A DNA stretch of 64,000 nucleotides from Octopus vulgaris (taxonomy: Eukaryota), in NCBI GenBank assembly GCA_951406725.2, contig OX597822.1, positions 88,226,001 to 88,290,000 on the forward strand. Direction: 5' to 3'. The translations under genes were made by a program, and so were the position numbers. Shown piece after piece: positions 13,278 to 25,412 of the stretch (positions within the stretch are counted from its first letter, which is position 1; each line of letters starts with the position of its first letter). The notes beneath the pieces are model-generated. The model had not been told where the DNA came from. It made no database searches and saw only the letters and a program-made list of their open reading frames with translations.

Positions 13278-13401
13278 CACGAATTAAGGAATTAATGCCC
13301 AGATGGTTCATAAACAGATTGTCTGTTGCTTCACTACTGGTGAAGAGTTCTGCAACAACATAAAGGTTTGGCCGGACAGCACGGGCAGCATCTAACATGT
13401 A
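13278..13401 (-). CDS. AGL: AGL coding exon 9 (acid/base Glu, VAELFT)
   Basis: [32 protein letters not shown]; acceptor tttacag, donor GTATGT; 124 nt. Confidence 0.97.
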
Positions 13402-14557
13402 CTGTAAATGAGAGACAAAGAAATAATAAATCTTCTTTAGGCAAGTACACAACACAGAGGTAGTAAACACCCTGACTAGTCTCTTGGCTTTGATTCATGG
13501 TCTATAGGCTACAAGATCTTATATACACAGGGTGGGCCAAAAGTCATGAACCAAAACAGTCAATATTTTATTTATACTATGTTCTTCTTCTTCTTCCGAT
13601 GATGATGATGATGATGATAATGATGATGATTATTATTATTATTATTATTATTCATGCTAGCATGGAAAACGGACGCTAAATGATGATGATGATGATTCAT
13701 TTTGTTCATCATGTACAAGTACATGTGTATTCATCATTGTTATTTATTTTATTCAATTTTATGCATATTAAACTTATTTTATGCATGACTTTTGTGCATA
13801 TCTATATTTATCTATCTATCTATCTATCTATAGATATATATAAATAAATATATACAGAGGTACAGCCCCCTAAAAATCCCCAGCGTATTATACTCAAGGG
13901 CGAACTATACTTGAGGATTTACGGTACTTATTTTAATTTCTCATCTATGTCTTTTATTTTAATGTTTCCTTATAATTTGAACTTTTAAGGCAGAGAGCTG
14001 GCAGAATCATTAGCATGCTGGGCAAGATGCTTTGTGGCATTTTGTACATCTTTACATTTCTGAGTTCAAATTCTGTGACGGTCAACTTTGCCTTTCATCC
14101 ATTTGGGCTTGATAAATTAAGTACCAATGAAACACTGGGGCCGATGTAATTGACTAGTCACCTCCCACCAAATTTCAGGCCTTGTGCCTTTAGTAGAAAG
14201 GATTATAATCTCTACTTTTAGATACCTAATTTGGCAATCCTATTATTCCTTTTAATTATTTCAATTCCTATTTCGAGATATATTCTGTTCATTTTTCTCA
14301 CTTTTACTCAAAGATTGTTTATTATTATTCTTTAATTATTGATTATTGTTTATTCCACCTTTAAGGTTAACTACCTTTGGAAGCCTACCCACACTGCTAG
14401 TTTTTTTAAATCAGTCACCCAATCAAATTCAATTGCTTATTCATTGAACTGTTAATGACTACAATAATGATGATAATAAGGTTTTCAAATTTTGGTACAA
14501 GCCCAGAAGGACATTATTTACATTTGACAGATATTTGTCCTCATCTTGTTTGTTGTT

Positions 14558-14604
14558 AACACAACATTTCAGCTGATATACCCTCCAGCGTTCATCAGGC
14601 GTGT
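14558..14604 (-). ncRNA. Minimal type I hammerhead, degenerate (family 1)
   Basis: CAC GC CTGATGA A CGCTG..CAGCT GAAAT GTT GTGTT; CpG-type change in the stem III palindrome. Confidence 0.55.
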
Positions 14605-14868
14605 TGGGGAAATTCCGAACCTGGGTTCTCATTCCTAAGGTATTTTTCGTTGTTGTTGTTGTTGTTGTTATTGTTATTTTTATCATTATTATTATTATTA
14701 GTCGGGTCACTGCCTGGAATCAAACTCAGAATCTTGGGGTTAGTAGCCCGCGCTCTTAACCAATACGCCATATTATACAGTGACCTGAATAATAATAATA
14801 ATAATGATAACAACAACAACATCGAAAAATACCTTAGGAATGAGAACTCAGGTTTGAAATTTCCCCAA

Positions 14869-14914
14869 GACATCTGATGAAGGCTGGAGAGTATATCAGC
14901 TGAAACATTGTGTT
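14869..14914 (+). ncRNA. Minimal type I hammerhead (family 1)
   Basis: GACAT CTGATGA A GGCTG-loop-CAGCT GAAAC ATT GTGTT; CG changed to CA in the palindrome. Confidence 0.6.
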
Positions 14915-15493
14915 AACAACAAACAAGATGAGGACAAATATCTGTCAAATGTAAATAATGTAAATAATGTATATAATTCCTCATCTCTTAAATATAGAAT
15001 TGTAAGCCCAGAAGTTTTAGGGGATGGGGTAAGTTAATTACATCAACCCCAGTGCTCAATTGGTACTTATTTTATCGACCTCAAAACGATGAAAGGCAAA
15101 GTCAATCTCGGTAGAATTTGAACTCAGAATGTAATGACCGATGAAATACTGCTAAGCCTTTTGCCTGGTGTGCTAACGATTCTGCCAGCTCACCAACCTT
15201 CAACGATGATGATAATAAGGACACCAATGACAATGACAATGAAGATGATGCTGATGCTGATGTTGATGATGATGCTGACAGAGAGGAGAATGTAAAGGAA
15301 GTAAAAGAGAAGAAGATGATTGGAAAAGATAGAAAGGTGTCAGAAGAAGAGAAAGAACAACATAAAAGAATAAGAAGAGAAGAAGAAAGCAGTCAAAGGT
15401 TGATAGATGAGAAGTTGAATAGAAAGAGGTGATGTGGTGGTGTTTAACGGTGACGACAATGTATAAAGAACAATAAAAAATAAATCTACCTAC

Positions 15494-15681
15494 CTCTGCT
15501 ACATGCATTGGAGTGCTATGGCAATTGTCCAAGCGTAATGCATCAGCGAATCGAGCTGAAATCTCAGTATACTGCTTCATGAAATCCCAGAGGTAAGGAC
15601 AATCCTCGGGTTGGTTACCATAGCGCAGCTTAACACTGTCTCCCCAGGCGATTAGTTCACGGCGTATATAGACCTGGCTGC
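15494..15681 (-). CDS. AGL: AGL coding exon 8 (transferase nucleophile Asp, RLDNCHSTP)
   Basis: [40 protein letters not shown]; acceptor cttgcag, donor GTAGGT; 188 nt. Confidence 0.97.
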
Positions 15682-15872
15682 CTGCAAGTATGGTAAGGTT
15701 ATGGAAGGGAAAAGAGTGAAAAGAGAGAGAAAGAGCGAATAGATGGAGACTAAGGTATGAGGGAGCAAGAGAAAGAGAGAGATAGAGAGAGAAGAAGAAA
15801 GAGACAAAAACTACGGTGCAGCAGAGTGAGGGAGATAGAGAGAGTCAAGAGACAGAAACTAAAGTGTGGGGT

Positions 15873-15956
<84 letters not shown>

Positions 15957-16349
15957 TTAAGGTAAGAGTGAGGAAGGGACAATAAGAAAGAGAAAAAAAT
16001 AGAAAAACTGAGGAGGGTGGAAGAGGATAAAAGGAATGTTAGAGAGAAGAAGGAGAGATAGAAGAGGATAAAAAAGAGAAAAAGAGAGAAATACCAGAAA
16101 AAGAACAAAAGAACATGGAAGGAGAGGAGGAAGGAAAGGAAGAGGTGGAAAAGGTAAAAGAGTGAGAAGATTAGGGAGAGAAAGTCAGACATGGCTGGAT
16201 GGATGGTAGGATGAATGGATACACATGTAGATAGATAGAAATATAGACAGACAGACAAACAGATAAGTATGTAGATAAGAAAGAGTGTCTATGAAAAAAA
16301 GGAGACCAGAAGAGACATGAAGAAAGGAGAGAACAAGACATTTACTTAC

Positions 16350-16489
16350 CAGCTTCAGCAAAATTACGTAACGGGTTGTCACCCATCACCCATCCATTGC
16401 ATGCCATTACATACTTAGCACTCTCAGAGAAAATCATCTTTTCTTCATTGTGAACACAACTCTCCAAATGAGCTGGTACAACAAAATAG
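16350..16489 (-). CDS. AGL: AGL coding exon 7
   Basis: [27 protein letters not shown]; acceptor tttatcag, donor G|GTAAGT; 140 nt. Confidence 0.95.
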
Positions 16490-16879
16490 CTGATAAAGAG
16501 AGAGAATTAAAAACTTTTAGTTGAAAAAACCAGCTACAAGTAACATCAATAAAAATATTCTTCATTAATTGTTTAAAGTCCTCTAGGGTGGCAGTGCTGA
16601 TAGAAGTTGGAGTAGAACCTGCATTACTAGCTTTTTCATCAGAGCCCAAACTTAGAAACAGATACAAACCCAATATCTCATTTGTCCAGTTTAGAGGGTA
16701 GCAGTTAAAGTGGTCACTTTACCTGCTAGAAATAGTCGCTGAATCTCTCTCAAATAACACTCTACCAACTTTGAAAAAAGTATACATTTCCAGATATATT
16801 ATGTCTGTAAAACAGATGGTGTGGTCATGGCTGGAACATCGAAGATGATAGGTCAGAATGATCTAGGAAGGTATGTGGG

Positions 16880-18260
16880 TTAGGCTGACCAAAATATTCT
16901 CATGGAATGTGAATAAATGAGGTTTATTTTTCAAAAAAGACACCCTGCAGTCCACACACTTCTTCCATCAGTATTGCAGTGCTTGGATCCAATTGGTGAA
17001 GAAGCTTTCATCTTGTTGATCAAAAATATCATCAACAGCAGATATGATGTCATCATCACTGTGATACTGGTTTTCAGCCAAGTGTTTTTTCGTGTTGGGG
17101 AACAGATGATAGTCAGATGAGGCCAAATCAAAATAGGGAAGGTGATAAACCAGTTCAAAGCCACAGTCATGCACAGCAGCCACTAAAACCAAGGCCCTGT
17201 GTGCTGGAGCATTGTCCTGATGAAACAAGATGCCTCTCATCAGTTTTCCTAGTAGTTTGGTTTTTATAGTCTTTTGTAACTGCCTCAGCAAGTTGGCATA
17301 GAAACTCCATTAAAGGTGTGGCCCTTTTGAACATAGTCAATAAACACAATGCCTTTTGCATCCCCAAAACTGAGGCCATCACCTTCCCTGCAGGTGAAAT
17401 GGCCTTGGCCTTCTTTGAAGCAGGTGAGGAAAGTTGTTTCCATTGCATGGATTGTCTCTTTGTCCCTGGCTCAAAGTGATAATCCCAACACTCATCCTGG
17501 CTCAGGAAACTTCAAGGAAACCAGCTGGATCTACATCAAACATTGTCAGATTTTCTTGTGATGTGATCAACCTGGTGCACTTTTGATCGCATGTCAGAAG
17601 ATGTGGCACTTACCAAGCAAAAGCATTTGTCATGCCAAGTTCATTGTACAGAATATTTTCAACTCTCGCAGACGATTACTAATAGCATTGGCTATTTGAT
17701 TTATAGGCAGTTGCCTGTTATCCTTCAGTATGATCATTACAGGACATCCAGACTTGATGATGACCATTGCAGGACATCCGGACTGTCCTCTTCTAAATTC
17801 AGTTACCCACTTTTGTACTATTGATAAAGCTGAAGCATCATCCCCTAAGGTAGCAACCATGTCAGCATGAATGTTCTTGGGGGCAGAACCCTTTTCTGAA
17901 GGTACTTGATAACACCATGATGCCAAATTTTGTCAGTTTTTAAGAGAAGTTGCTACCAGTTACTTTTAAAGTCTTCTTTGAACAGTCAGATGTCAGTTTA
18001 CCTGGAAAGAAACAATGCAGTTATTAATAAGAAGAATTGAAATTAATGCCTGCAAGATTTCACAACTCCAGCTTCATAGTTAGTTGTGTAGTGAGGTACT
18101 GGTACTTAGAGATGTGAGCCATTCCATTCAGTTGTACCACTTTACTGCCATTTACATGGTTTGAGACATTGTAAAATTGCTGGTTGCACACACAGTGCTG
18201 GTGGAAGGATATAAACCAACGACCCCTTGGTTGATCATCTATTAACTTACTAACAGCCAT
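16880..18260 (-). mobile_element. Decayed mariner (DD34D-type) transposon
   Basis: Fragments SAPKNIHADMVATLGDDA (HTH), SMQWK..AGKVMASV, GILFHQDNAPAH..PY.DLASSDYHLFP; multiple frameshifts; ends approximate. Confidence 0.9.
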
Positions 18261-19158
18261 AAAATATCCATATACAAGCTGAAGATTCTTCTTTCATCAT
18301 CATCACCATCATATTCATCATCATTTTAATACCTATTTTCCCAAGCTTGCATAGACTAGGTGGAGTTTATTGAGGCAGATCTTCTACAGCTGGATGCTCT
18401 TCCAATCACCAATTCTCACTTATTTCCAGTAAAGTAATTGTTCCTCATGGCCAGACATGTTTTCATAGAATAATGGAAATGAAAGTCATTACTTGTATGA
18501 CACTGACACTCACAACTATCATGCAATGCCAAGTTAACATGACATAACCACAAACATACTCACACACAGACATATGATGGGCTACTTTCAGTTTCCATCT
18601 ACCAAATCCACTCACAAAGCTTTGGCTTATATAGCTTATGTATGCATTGTCATCTTTCTATAACCTAAATTTATACAATCAATGTAAATGAATATATTTT
18701 AAATCTATATGATATGTGTAATTAATTTTGTTATCATCATCATCTTTCCATTTAGCTTACATAAATTAATATAACCCAAGTTTAAGTGGTTTACATAAAT
18801 TAATCTGAAAGATTCTATATAAACTGATCTTTTTGTTAACATATTTCTGCTGAAATACTCTGACTTTGTTTCAATTAATTTTTAAAATATTTAAGAATTT
18901 AGTAAGATAACTTAATCATTATTAAGTTGGTGTTTGAGAGTTAATTTTTACATAAAATTTTAGTGGCAGGTTTTAATTTAGATCACATTAAAACAAGAAT
19001 CTTGTATCATAGAGCCAGGGGCTATCCTATGTTGGATGGTACCAAAAATGTTAATATAAATAGTTTATATAGACTGGTCTTCATATAATTTTTTCTGGCT
19101 TACATCTGGTTATAAAATGTAAAAATAAATGAATAAATAAAATTAAATCAAAACTTAC

Positions 19159-19371
19159 TCATGCATCAAAGGATCATCGGTCGTGACTCTTCGAATTTTA
19201 GGTCCATCAGATGCCAAGAAGCGGTAACGAACATTGGCTAAGAAATTGTTGATGGCCACATCAATGTGCCGAGTGATTTCTGAGTGTTTTTCCTTGTTCT
19301 TCTGGTTGAGTTTCTCTCGCAATACTTGACAGCATTCCTCCAGTCGTTTTTCAAAATTAACAGTATCAGAC
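19159..19371 (-). CDS. AGL: AGL coding exon 6
   Basis: SDTVNFEKRLEECC..NVRYRFLASDGPKIRRVT..PLM; acceptor cttgtag, donor GTAAGT; 213 nt. Confidence 0.94.
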
Positions 19372-19721
19372 CTACAAGACATATACATCACACATAATAT
19401 AAGTAACAATAAATACATATATATATACAATCAAATGGTGAGAGCTAGAGATGGTTAGCATAGAAAGCATGTAGTGGTATTCAAATGATGGTCAAGGTGT
19501 CAGTGTATCACCTTATATACAGCTAAGCAGGCTGGACTATTGAGAATTACTTACAGAAAGATACCACTGAGCAATTGTAGGCTTTATCACTCTGAATACA
19601 GCTACAGAAGGGATCAAATCAGACTGGAGTCTGGTGCAGCCTTCCAGCTTACCAGCCCCGGTCAAACCATCCAACCCATTCTAGCTTGGACAATGGACAT
19701 CAAATGATGATGATATATATA

Positions 19722-19979
19722 TATTGATAAAAATGGTAAGATAACAAAAGAAAGAAAGAGACCTTGATATTATGTAAATAGAGGAATTTATCTGTAAATG
19801 TAATATGTGACAATTATTCGGTAGCCATGATAAAACTCCGAGTTTCGGATGCCAAGGTGGAAATAGAGGTTTTCCGATGGCCAGATAACTGAAGAGATGG
19901 CGGCGTGGATTTCCACCTTGGCATCCGAAACTCTGAGTTTTATCAAGGCTACCGAATAATTGTTACATATTACATTTAC

Positions 19980-19984
<5 letters not shown>
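19722..19984. mobile_element. PLE-type terminal-repeat insertion forming an inverted repeat with arms of about 77 bp, embedded in (TA)n
   Basis: 19789-19864 is the near-perfect reverse complement of 19909-19984; the left arm carries an extra tail of about 65 nt. Confidence 0.75.
19878..19952 (+). ncRNA. Type I hammerhead candidate (family 2)
   Basis: GATAA CTGAAGA GATG..(GTGGA/TCCAC)..CATC C GAAA CTC T GAG T T TTATC; stem I GATAA/TTATC and near-palindromic stem III. Confidence 0.65.
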
Positions 19985-20029
<45 letters not shown>

Positions 20030-20680
20030 ATCAACAGAGTGTGAGTGAGTGTGTGTGTGAGAGAGAAATACATAACCAGTGGTCAGCTGCATTACTCATT
20101 ATACAATGAGGCAGCTTGGACAATTGAAAGCTATGTATTTCATTTTCCAAAGGACACAACATGGTACAGATATGTATGTATTGAATTAAGTCATTTGGGT
20201 TTCAATCCCTCTGCACAATAGCTTGGATAATTGTGCTTCAACTTAACTCTGGGATCACCCACACCATTGTCAATGAAGCTAAGATGAAAACTGTATGGAG
20301 GATCATTGAAGGAACCCTTCCTGTTCTAGTATAGCAGATTTAATCTAATGCCTTGTTTTACATTAGAACATGACTGCTGATAACATTTTGTAATCAGGCC
20401 TGTCATCAACTGACAGTTATTAAAAATATACAAAAACATTCAATAAATTACATGCGAAATTTTAGAGACTAGTGTGTGCAGGGGAGATGACTGCACTGGT
20501 AGAGTGATGTGATGCATAAAGAAATGCTAATCTTGAATTGTGGAAGGAACCTGTGGAAAAGGTAGACCCAGGAAGACGCAGGATGAAGTGGTAAAATGTG
20601 ATCTTCAGATATTGAGTTTCACAGAGGCAATGACAAGTTACTGGGACTTCTGGTGAATTGCTGTGCTTGAGAAAACATGT

Positions 20681-22142
20681 ACATTATTTACATTATTTAC
20701 AATTGACGGATATTTGTCCTCATCTTGTTTGGTGTTAACACAACGTTTCAGCTGATATACCATCCAGCCTTCATCAGGTGTCTTGGGGAAATTTTGAACC
20801 TGGGTTCTCATTCCCAAGGTATTTTTTGATGTTGTTATTATTATCATTATTATCATTTTATTATTATTATTCACTGCCTGGAATCTTGGGGGGTTAGTAA
20901 CTTGCACTCTGAACCACTATGACATATGCCTGTGGGCAATTATGGAGTGAATTTTAGGGCTTATAAATCTAATAGTCTCCTATCCTTCCTTAATACCGGT
21001 TCCCATATGCTGTTCATATCTGCACAAGCTCTGCTTAGGAGGTTGTTGTGTCCTGGCATATGTGCTGTTTCTTTTAGTTTTCATATTTTCCAGTGGTGTT
21101 CTCTGTCTATTATTTTAACTTCATCCCACGGGGGTGGGGTGATCTCCATTTTTCCATACATGATCAGCTATACCCAATTTAGCAATATCTTCCTGTGTCA
21201 CAGCTTTGTGATGTTCCTCTACCCTTATTTTGAGTTGGCGGCATGTTTCGCCTTTGTATAACCTACCACAGCTGCATGGGATGGAGTACACGCAGTTCTT
21301 AGTTATATTCTCTTCTATTGGTGGTTTTACTTGAAGGAGATATTTGCAAAGTGTTGTATTACTCTTGAATACTGTCCTGATGTCATATGGGTTGCATATC
21401 TTTTGTATCTTTTTGGAGAGGCCTTTCACATAGGGTAGACAGACTGTGGACAGTTTATCGGTTTCATCCTGTCTTTTCTTCATAATTGGAGTGGATAGTA
21501 TGTTTTTAGGGTAGTTGTTGCTTAATAGACTGTTATTGAGCTTGATCATTTCTTTGTGGTGTGTATCAGGGTCACTACTTATATTCATTGCTCGATGTTT
21601 TAGGCACTGAGCAGTCCCTCTCCTTACACTGTATGGATGGTGGGAGTTGAAGTTGACCAGTGAAGGTCGGCTTGCGATATATGTCCTGAATCCATACTTG
21701 GTGCATGTTATAATATGTCCAGGAATGCTAGCTGATCGTCTTCTACTTTTTCCATTGTGAACTGTATGGATGGCTTTATTGAGCTCACATGATCAAATAG
21801 CACTTGGACATCTTCCTGGTTGGGCCAGAGTATGAAGGTGTCATCAACATATCACAGCCATAGGGTTGGTTTTAGTGGTGTTGATCCTAAAGCCAAATTC
21901 TCAAAGTATTCCATGTATATATTGGCTATTATCAGTGATAATGGTGGACCCATAGCTAAACCCTCTTCTTGTCGATATATATCAGCATCCATACTGAAGT
22001 AGGTAGTTTCTACACAGAAGGTCAACATTTCCATCAAGTTTCTTATTGGTATACTACTGCATTCTTTTAGATGGGTTCTTTTAAATATCCGTCAATTGTA
22101 AATAATGTATATAATTCCTCATCTCTTAAATATAGAATTGTA
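20681..22142 (-). mobile_element. 5'-truncated Penelope-like retroelement (RT + GIY-YIG), decayed
   Basis: QEEGLAMGPPLSLIIANIYMEYFE, YVDD, CVYSIPCSCGRLYKGET..RVEEH; 3' region has a tRNA-like block, (AAT)n and a hammerhead; inverted terminal piece at 22082-22142; imperfect TSD TTGAG(AAA/TAG)ACATGT at 20667-20680 and 22143-22156. Confidence 0.92.
20737..20782 (-). ncRNA. Minimal type I hammerhead, intact core (family 1)
   Basis: GACAC CTGATGA A GGCTG-GATGGTATAT-CAGCT GAAAC GTT GTGTT: stem I GACAC/GTGTT, palindromic AACGTT stem III, predicted cleavage after GUU. Confidence 0.75.
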
Positions 22143-22476
22143 TTGAGTAGACATGTCAAGCAAAGTGAAATTGCCAGTGACATGTGAATGGCACCTGTGC
22201 TGGTGACATGTAAGATGTATCCACGCCAGTGACACATAAAAGGCACCCAGTACACTCTGTGGAGTAGTTAGGAAGGGCATCCAGCTGTAGAAACCAAGCC
22301 AAAACAGATTGGAGTCTGGTGCAGCTCTCCAGCTTACCATCTCCATCCAAACAATCTAACCCATGCCAGCATGGAAAAAATGATGATCATAATGATGATG
22401 ATGATGATGATTGACCATTTACTTAGCAACCTAAAAACTTCATGGTACAATGCAAAGATCTAATGCAATTACTTAC

Positions 22477-22594
22477 TTGTCAAAGTTCAAAGCACCCATG
22501 GCAACCTCAGGATCAACAGTTCCTTTCAGTCGTTGGTATGTTTTCTCAGGTATAATCTCCAGGTCATGATCTTTGATAGGTTTAGTATTTCCAG
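22477..22594 (-). CDS. AGL: AGL coding exon 5
   Basis: AGNTKPIKDHDLEIIPEKTYQRLKGTVDPEVAMGALNFDK; acceptor ctcttttaag, donor GTAAGT; 118 nt, phase 1 to 2 bridges its neighbours. Not in the ORF track. Confidence 0.9.
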
Positions 22595-23722
22595 CTTAAA
22601 AGAGAACACAATTCTTAGGATTATTCACGAGCAGTTATTTCATGTAGGAGTTTAAATAAATATTATTCAGAGGAATAATCTAAAATGAGGCTGCTTGGAT
22701 ATATCTGCCTTTCTCTATCACCAAATACATACATATATATATCTACACACACATACACATGCGGGTGCACACACACACACATACGTGTGTGTTTGTGTGT
22801 ACACCCTAACCACTAGCTGCATGACCTGATGGTTAGGGTGTTGCACTCACAATTGCAATATCATAATTTCAGTTCCGAAACTAGGTGGTGCATTGTGTTC
22901 TTGAGCAACACACTCCATCCCACTTTGACACCTGATGTGTGGTACACCATGCACCTGTTCAGGCGACATTGATTTGGTGGAGAGAGTGAGCTAATGTACA
23001 ACACATACATTTAATCATTATAAACAAATTATTTGGGCAGGTCATTCGGAAAAAGCTGAACACTCATTTTCAAATTTTCAAAGGGAGTTCATCAAATATA
23101 TAAATAAATAAATATAGGGAGCTTGCTTCCTAGCTACATGGTTTCGGGTTCAGTCCCACAGCGTGGCACTTTGGGTAGGTGTCTTCCACTATAGCCCCGA
23201 GCCGACCGGAGCTTTGTGATTGAATTCGGTAGGTGGAAGTTACTGCCATGTGTGTATGTGTGCATATAGCTGCTTAGTGCCTCTCCGAAAGAGAGAGAGG
23301 GATATATATATTTCTTTTTTCTTTCTTTTACTTGTTTCAGTCATTTGACTGCGGCCATGCTGGAGCACCGCCTTTAGTCGAGCAAATCGACCCCGGGATT
23401 TATTCTTTGTAAGCCCAGTACTTATTCTATCGGTCTCTTTTTGCCGAACCGCTAAGTGACGGGGACGTAAACACACCAGCATCGGTTGTCAAGCAATGCT
23501 AGGGGGACAAACACAGACACACAAACATACACACATACATATATTTATATATACATATATACGACAGGCTTCTTTCAGTTTCCGTCTACCAAATCCACTC
23601 ACAAGGCATTGGTCGGCCCGAGGCTATAGTAGAAGACACTTGCCCAAGATGCCATGCAGTGGGACTGAACCTGGAACCATGTGGTTGGTTAGCAAGCTAC
23701 TTAGCACACAGCCACTCCTGCA

Positions 23723-23768
<46 letters not shown>

Positions 23769-23934
23769 GAAGTCAAATCTACAGACGGAGAATGAACATA
23801 CTACCATCATGTTCTTAATGATGAAATTAACCTCTCTATATATATATATACATATACATGTATATAAGTATGTATGTATGCATGCAATATATAAGCAAAA
23901 AAATTACAGAAATAACAGGAAGAGATAAACTTAC

Positions 23935-24043
23935 CCTTCACTTGATGTTTGAATTTGTTAACTGCCTCATCTACATCACAGAGGAAAAACTCATAGATTC
24001 GATATTTTGGGAACACCTCTGTATGCAAAATGTGTTTAATTGC
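23935..24043 (-). CDS. AGL: AGL coding exon 4
   Basis: AIKHILHTEVFPKYRIYEFFLCDVD..; acceptor atgcag, donor G|GTAAGT; 109 nt. Confidence 0.93.
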
Positions 24044-25412
24044 CTGCATATAAAACAAAGGATAAATAAATCAGAAAAACAGGCACTTCAGACAGTAGAA
24101 GTAAAGTGAATGGTTACTAAGGGCAATTTTGATGCTTTTAATTAACATTTTCAAAGAAAACTTGTTAACATTTGTTGCTACCATTATACAAGTTTCATCT
24201 CCTCAGTGAAGGTTGTAGTACAGTATTATGGAAGAGGTGGTAATAAGCTTGCTCTCACCAGACATAGTTCTTCTTTTCACCTTAGTACATCAACTCATAG
24301 TGCCATGGTAGGACAAATTTGATATGTCATCATCTGAAGAAATCCAAACACCAGGATTTGACTGATGATGCTCTTGTCAAAGAAAGGTATCAACCTCATA
24401 GCCCTTTGAAGTTGGCTGTTGTGGTTTCCTTAGAAAGATCCAGCACTCTCTATTGCAGAAAATCAGTTTGGAAATCTAAACAACTGAAGAAAGACCACAG
24501 TAAAGATAACCATGGCAACTAAGACTAAGTCAAGGTGGTTGTGGCTAACAAGGTACTGCTGGTGGAACTCTTCTATAGATAAAGGCTAATTTAGTCTTCA
24601 GTGTCCCACTCTGGTGAAGTGTACAGAGAAAAGGGTAAAATGCTTATGACCCTCAGACACCAGTTGAAGATGCAAAAAGATTCCCAAAAATATGAATGTT
24701 TAAGTCACGAAAAGAAAAACAGGTCCTATACAGAATACAACAGTAAAACCTCACTTATTTTACAGGGCTATCTTTTTGGCGCTACTGAAGTTAGACAGGT
24801 GGTAATGGTGTCTTCATGTACCTAAAGTCTTACATTTGTTTTTAGTTACCATCAAGGTTTGTACCAACAGACACAGTGCATTTGTTGTTGAAACGTTTAT
24901 CAAGAATGGTGAATGTGAGGTTTTTTTGCTGCACTCTACAGTATTTCTGATGTTTCACATGCATTCATCACACAGTTATTCCTAGTTAGTTGTTAATTTT
25001 CCATGCAGTTAATATGTTGACAATATGTTGACATTAATTTAACTATTCACTTTCATGCAGAAGTCATCTCTAAAGTATTTTTTCTCTAAACAATTCTATT
25101 TTATATGCCAAATAATGAAAGTGTTGTACATTTAATGATTCTTTCATTGACTAATTGGGTAAATGTGAATGCTAAATGTAATGCTTCACTGATGAAGTAA
25201 GAATAATGCTGAAACATGTCTGGAGTTATCATATTTTCCAAAATAATGAAAACAATATTAGTCATTAAGAACATAATTTTTTCCTCATTTCATAATTATC
25301 TCTAATTAGTTTTATTAAGCTCGTTACATCAAATATGTGAATGATAACTTAACAGTTTAATATTGTATGGCTTGATATGATGTAGAAGAATAAAAGACAG
25401 AAGAATTCTCAC

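Larger units (their letters stand above)
14510..15003. mobile_element. Non-coding Penelope-type insertion: inverted pair of hammerhead-containing repeats plus a tRNA-like head
   Basis: 11-bp TSD AAGCCCAGAAG (14499-14509 and 15004-15014) splitting a family B SINE; arms match the 3' end of the coding PLE at 20681-20930. Confidence 0.85.

Noticed and set aside
14705-14775. Possible tRNA-Ser(ACT)-like gene on minus
   Set aside because: It is part of a TSD-flanked repeat also found at 20870-20930, with imperfect stems; treated as a tRNA-derived head.
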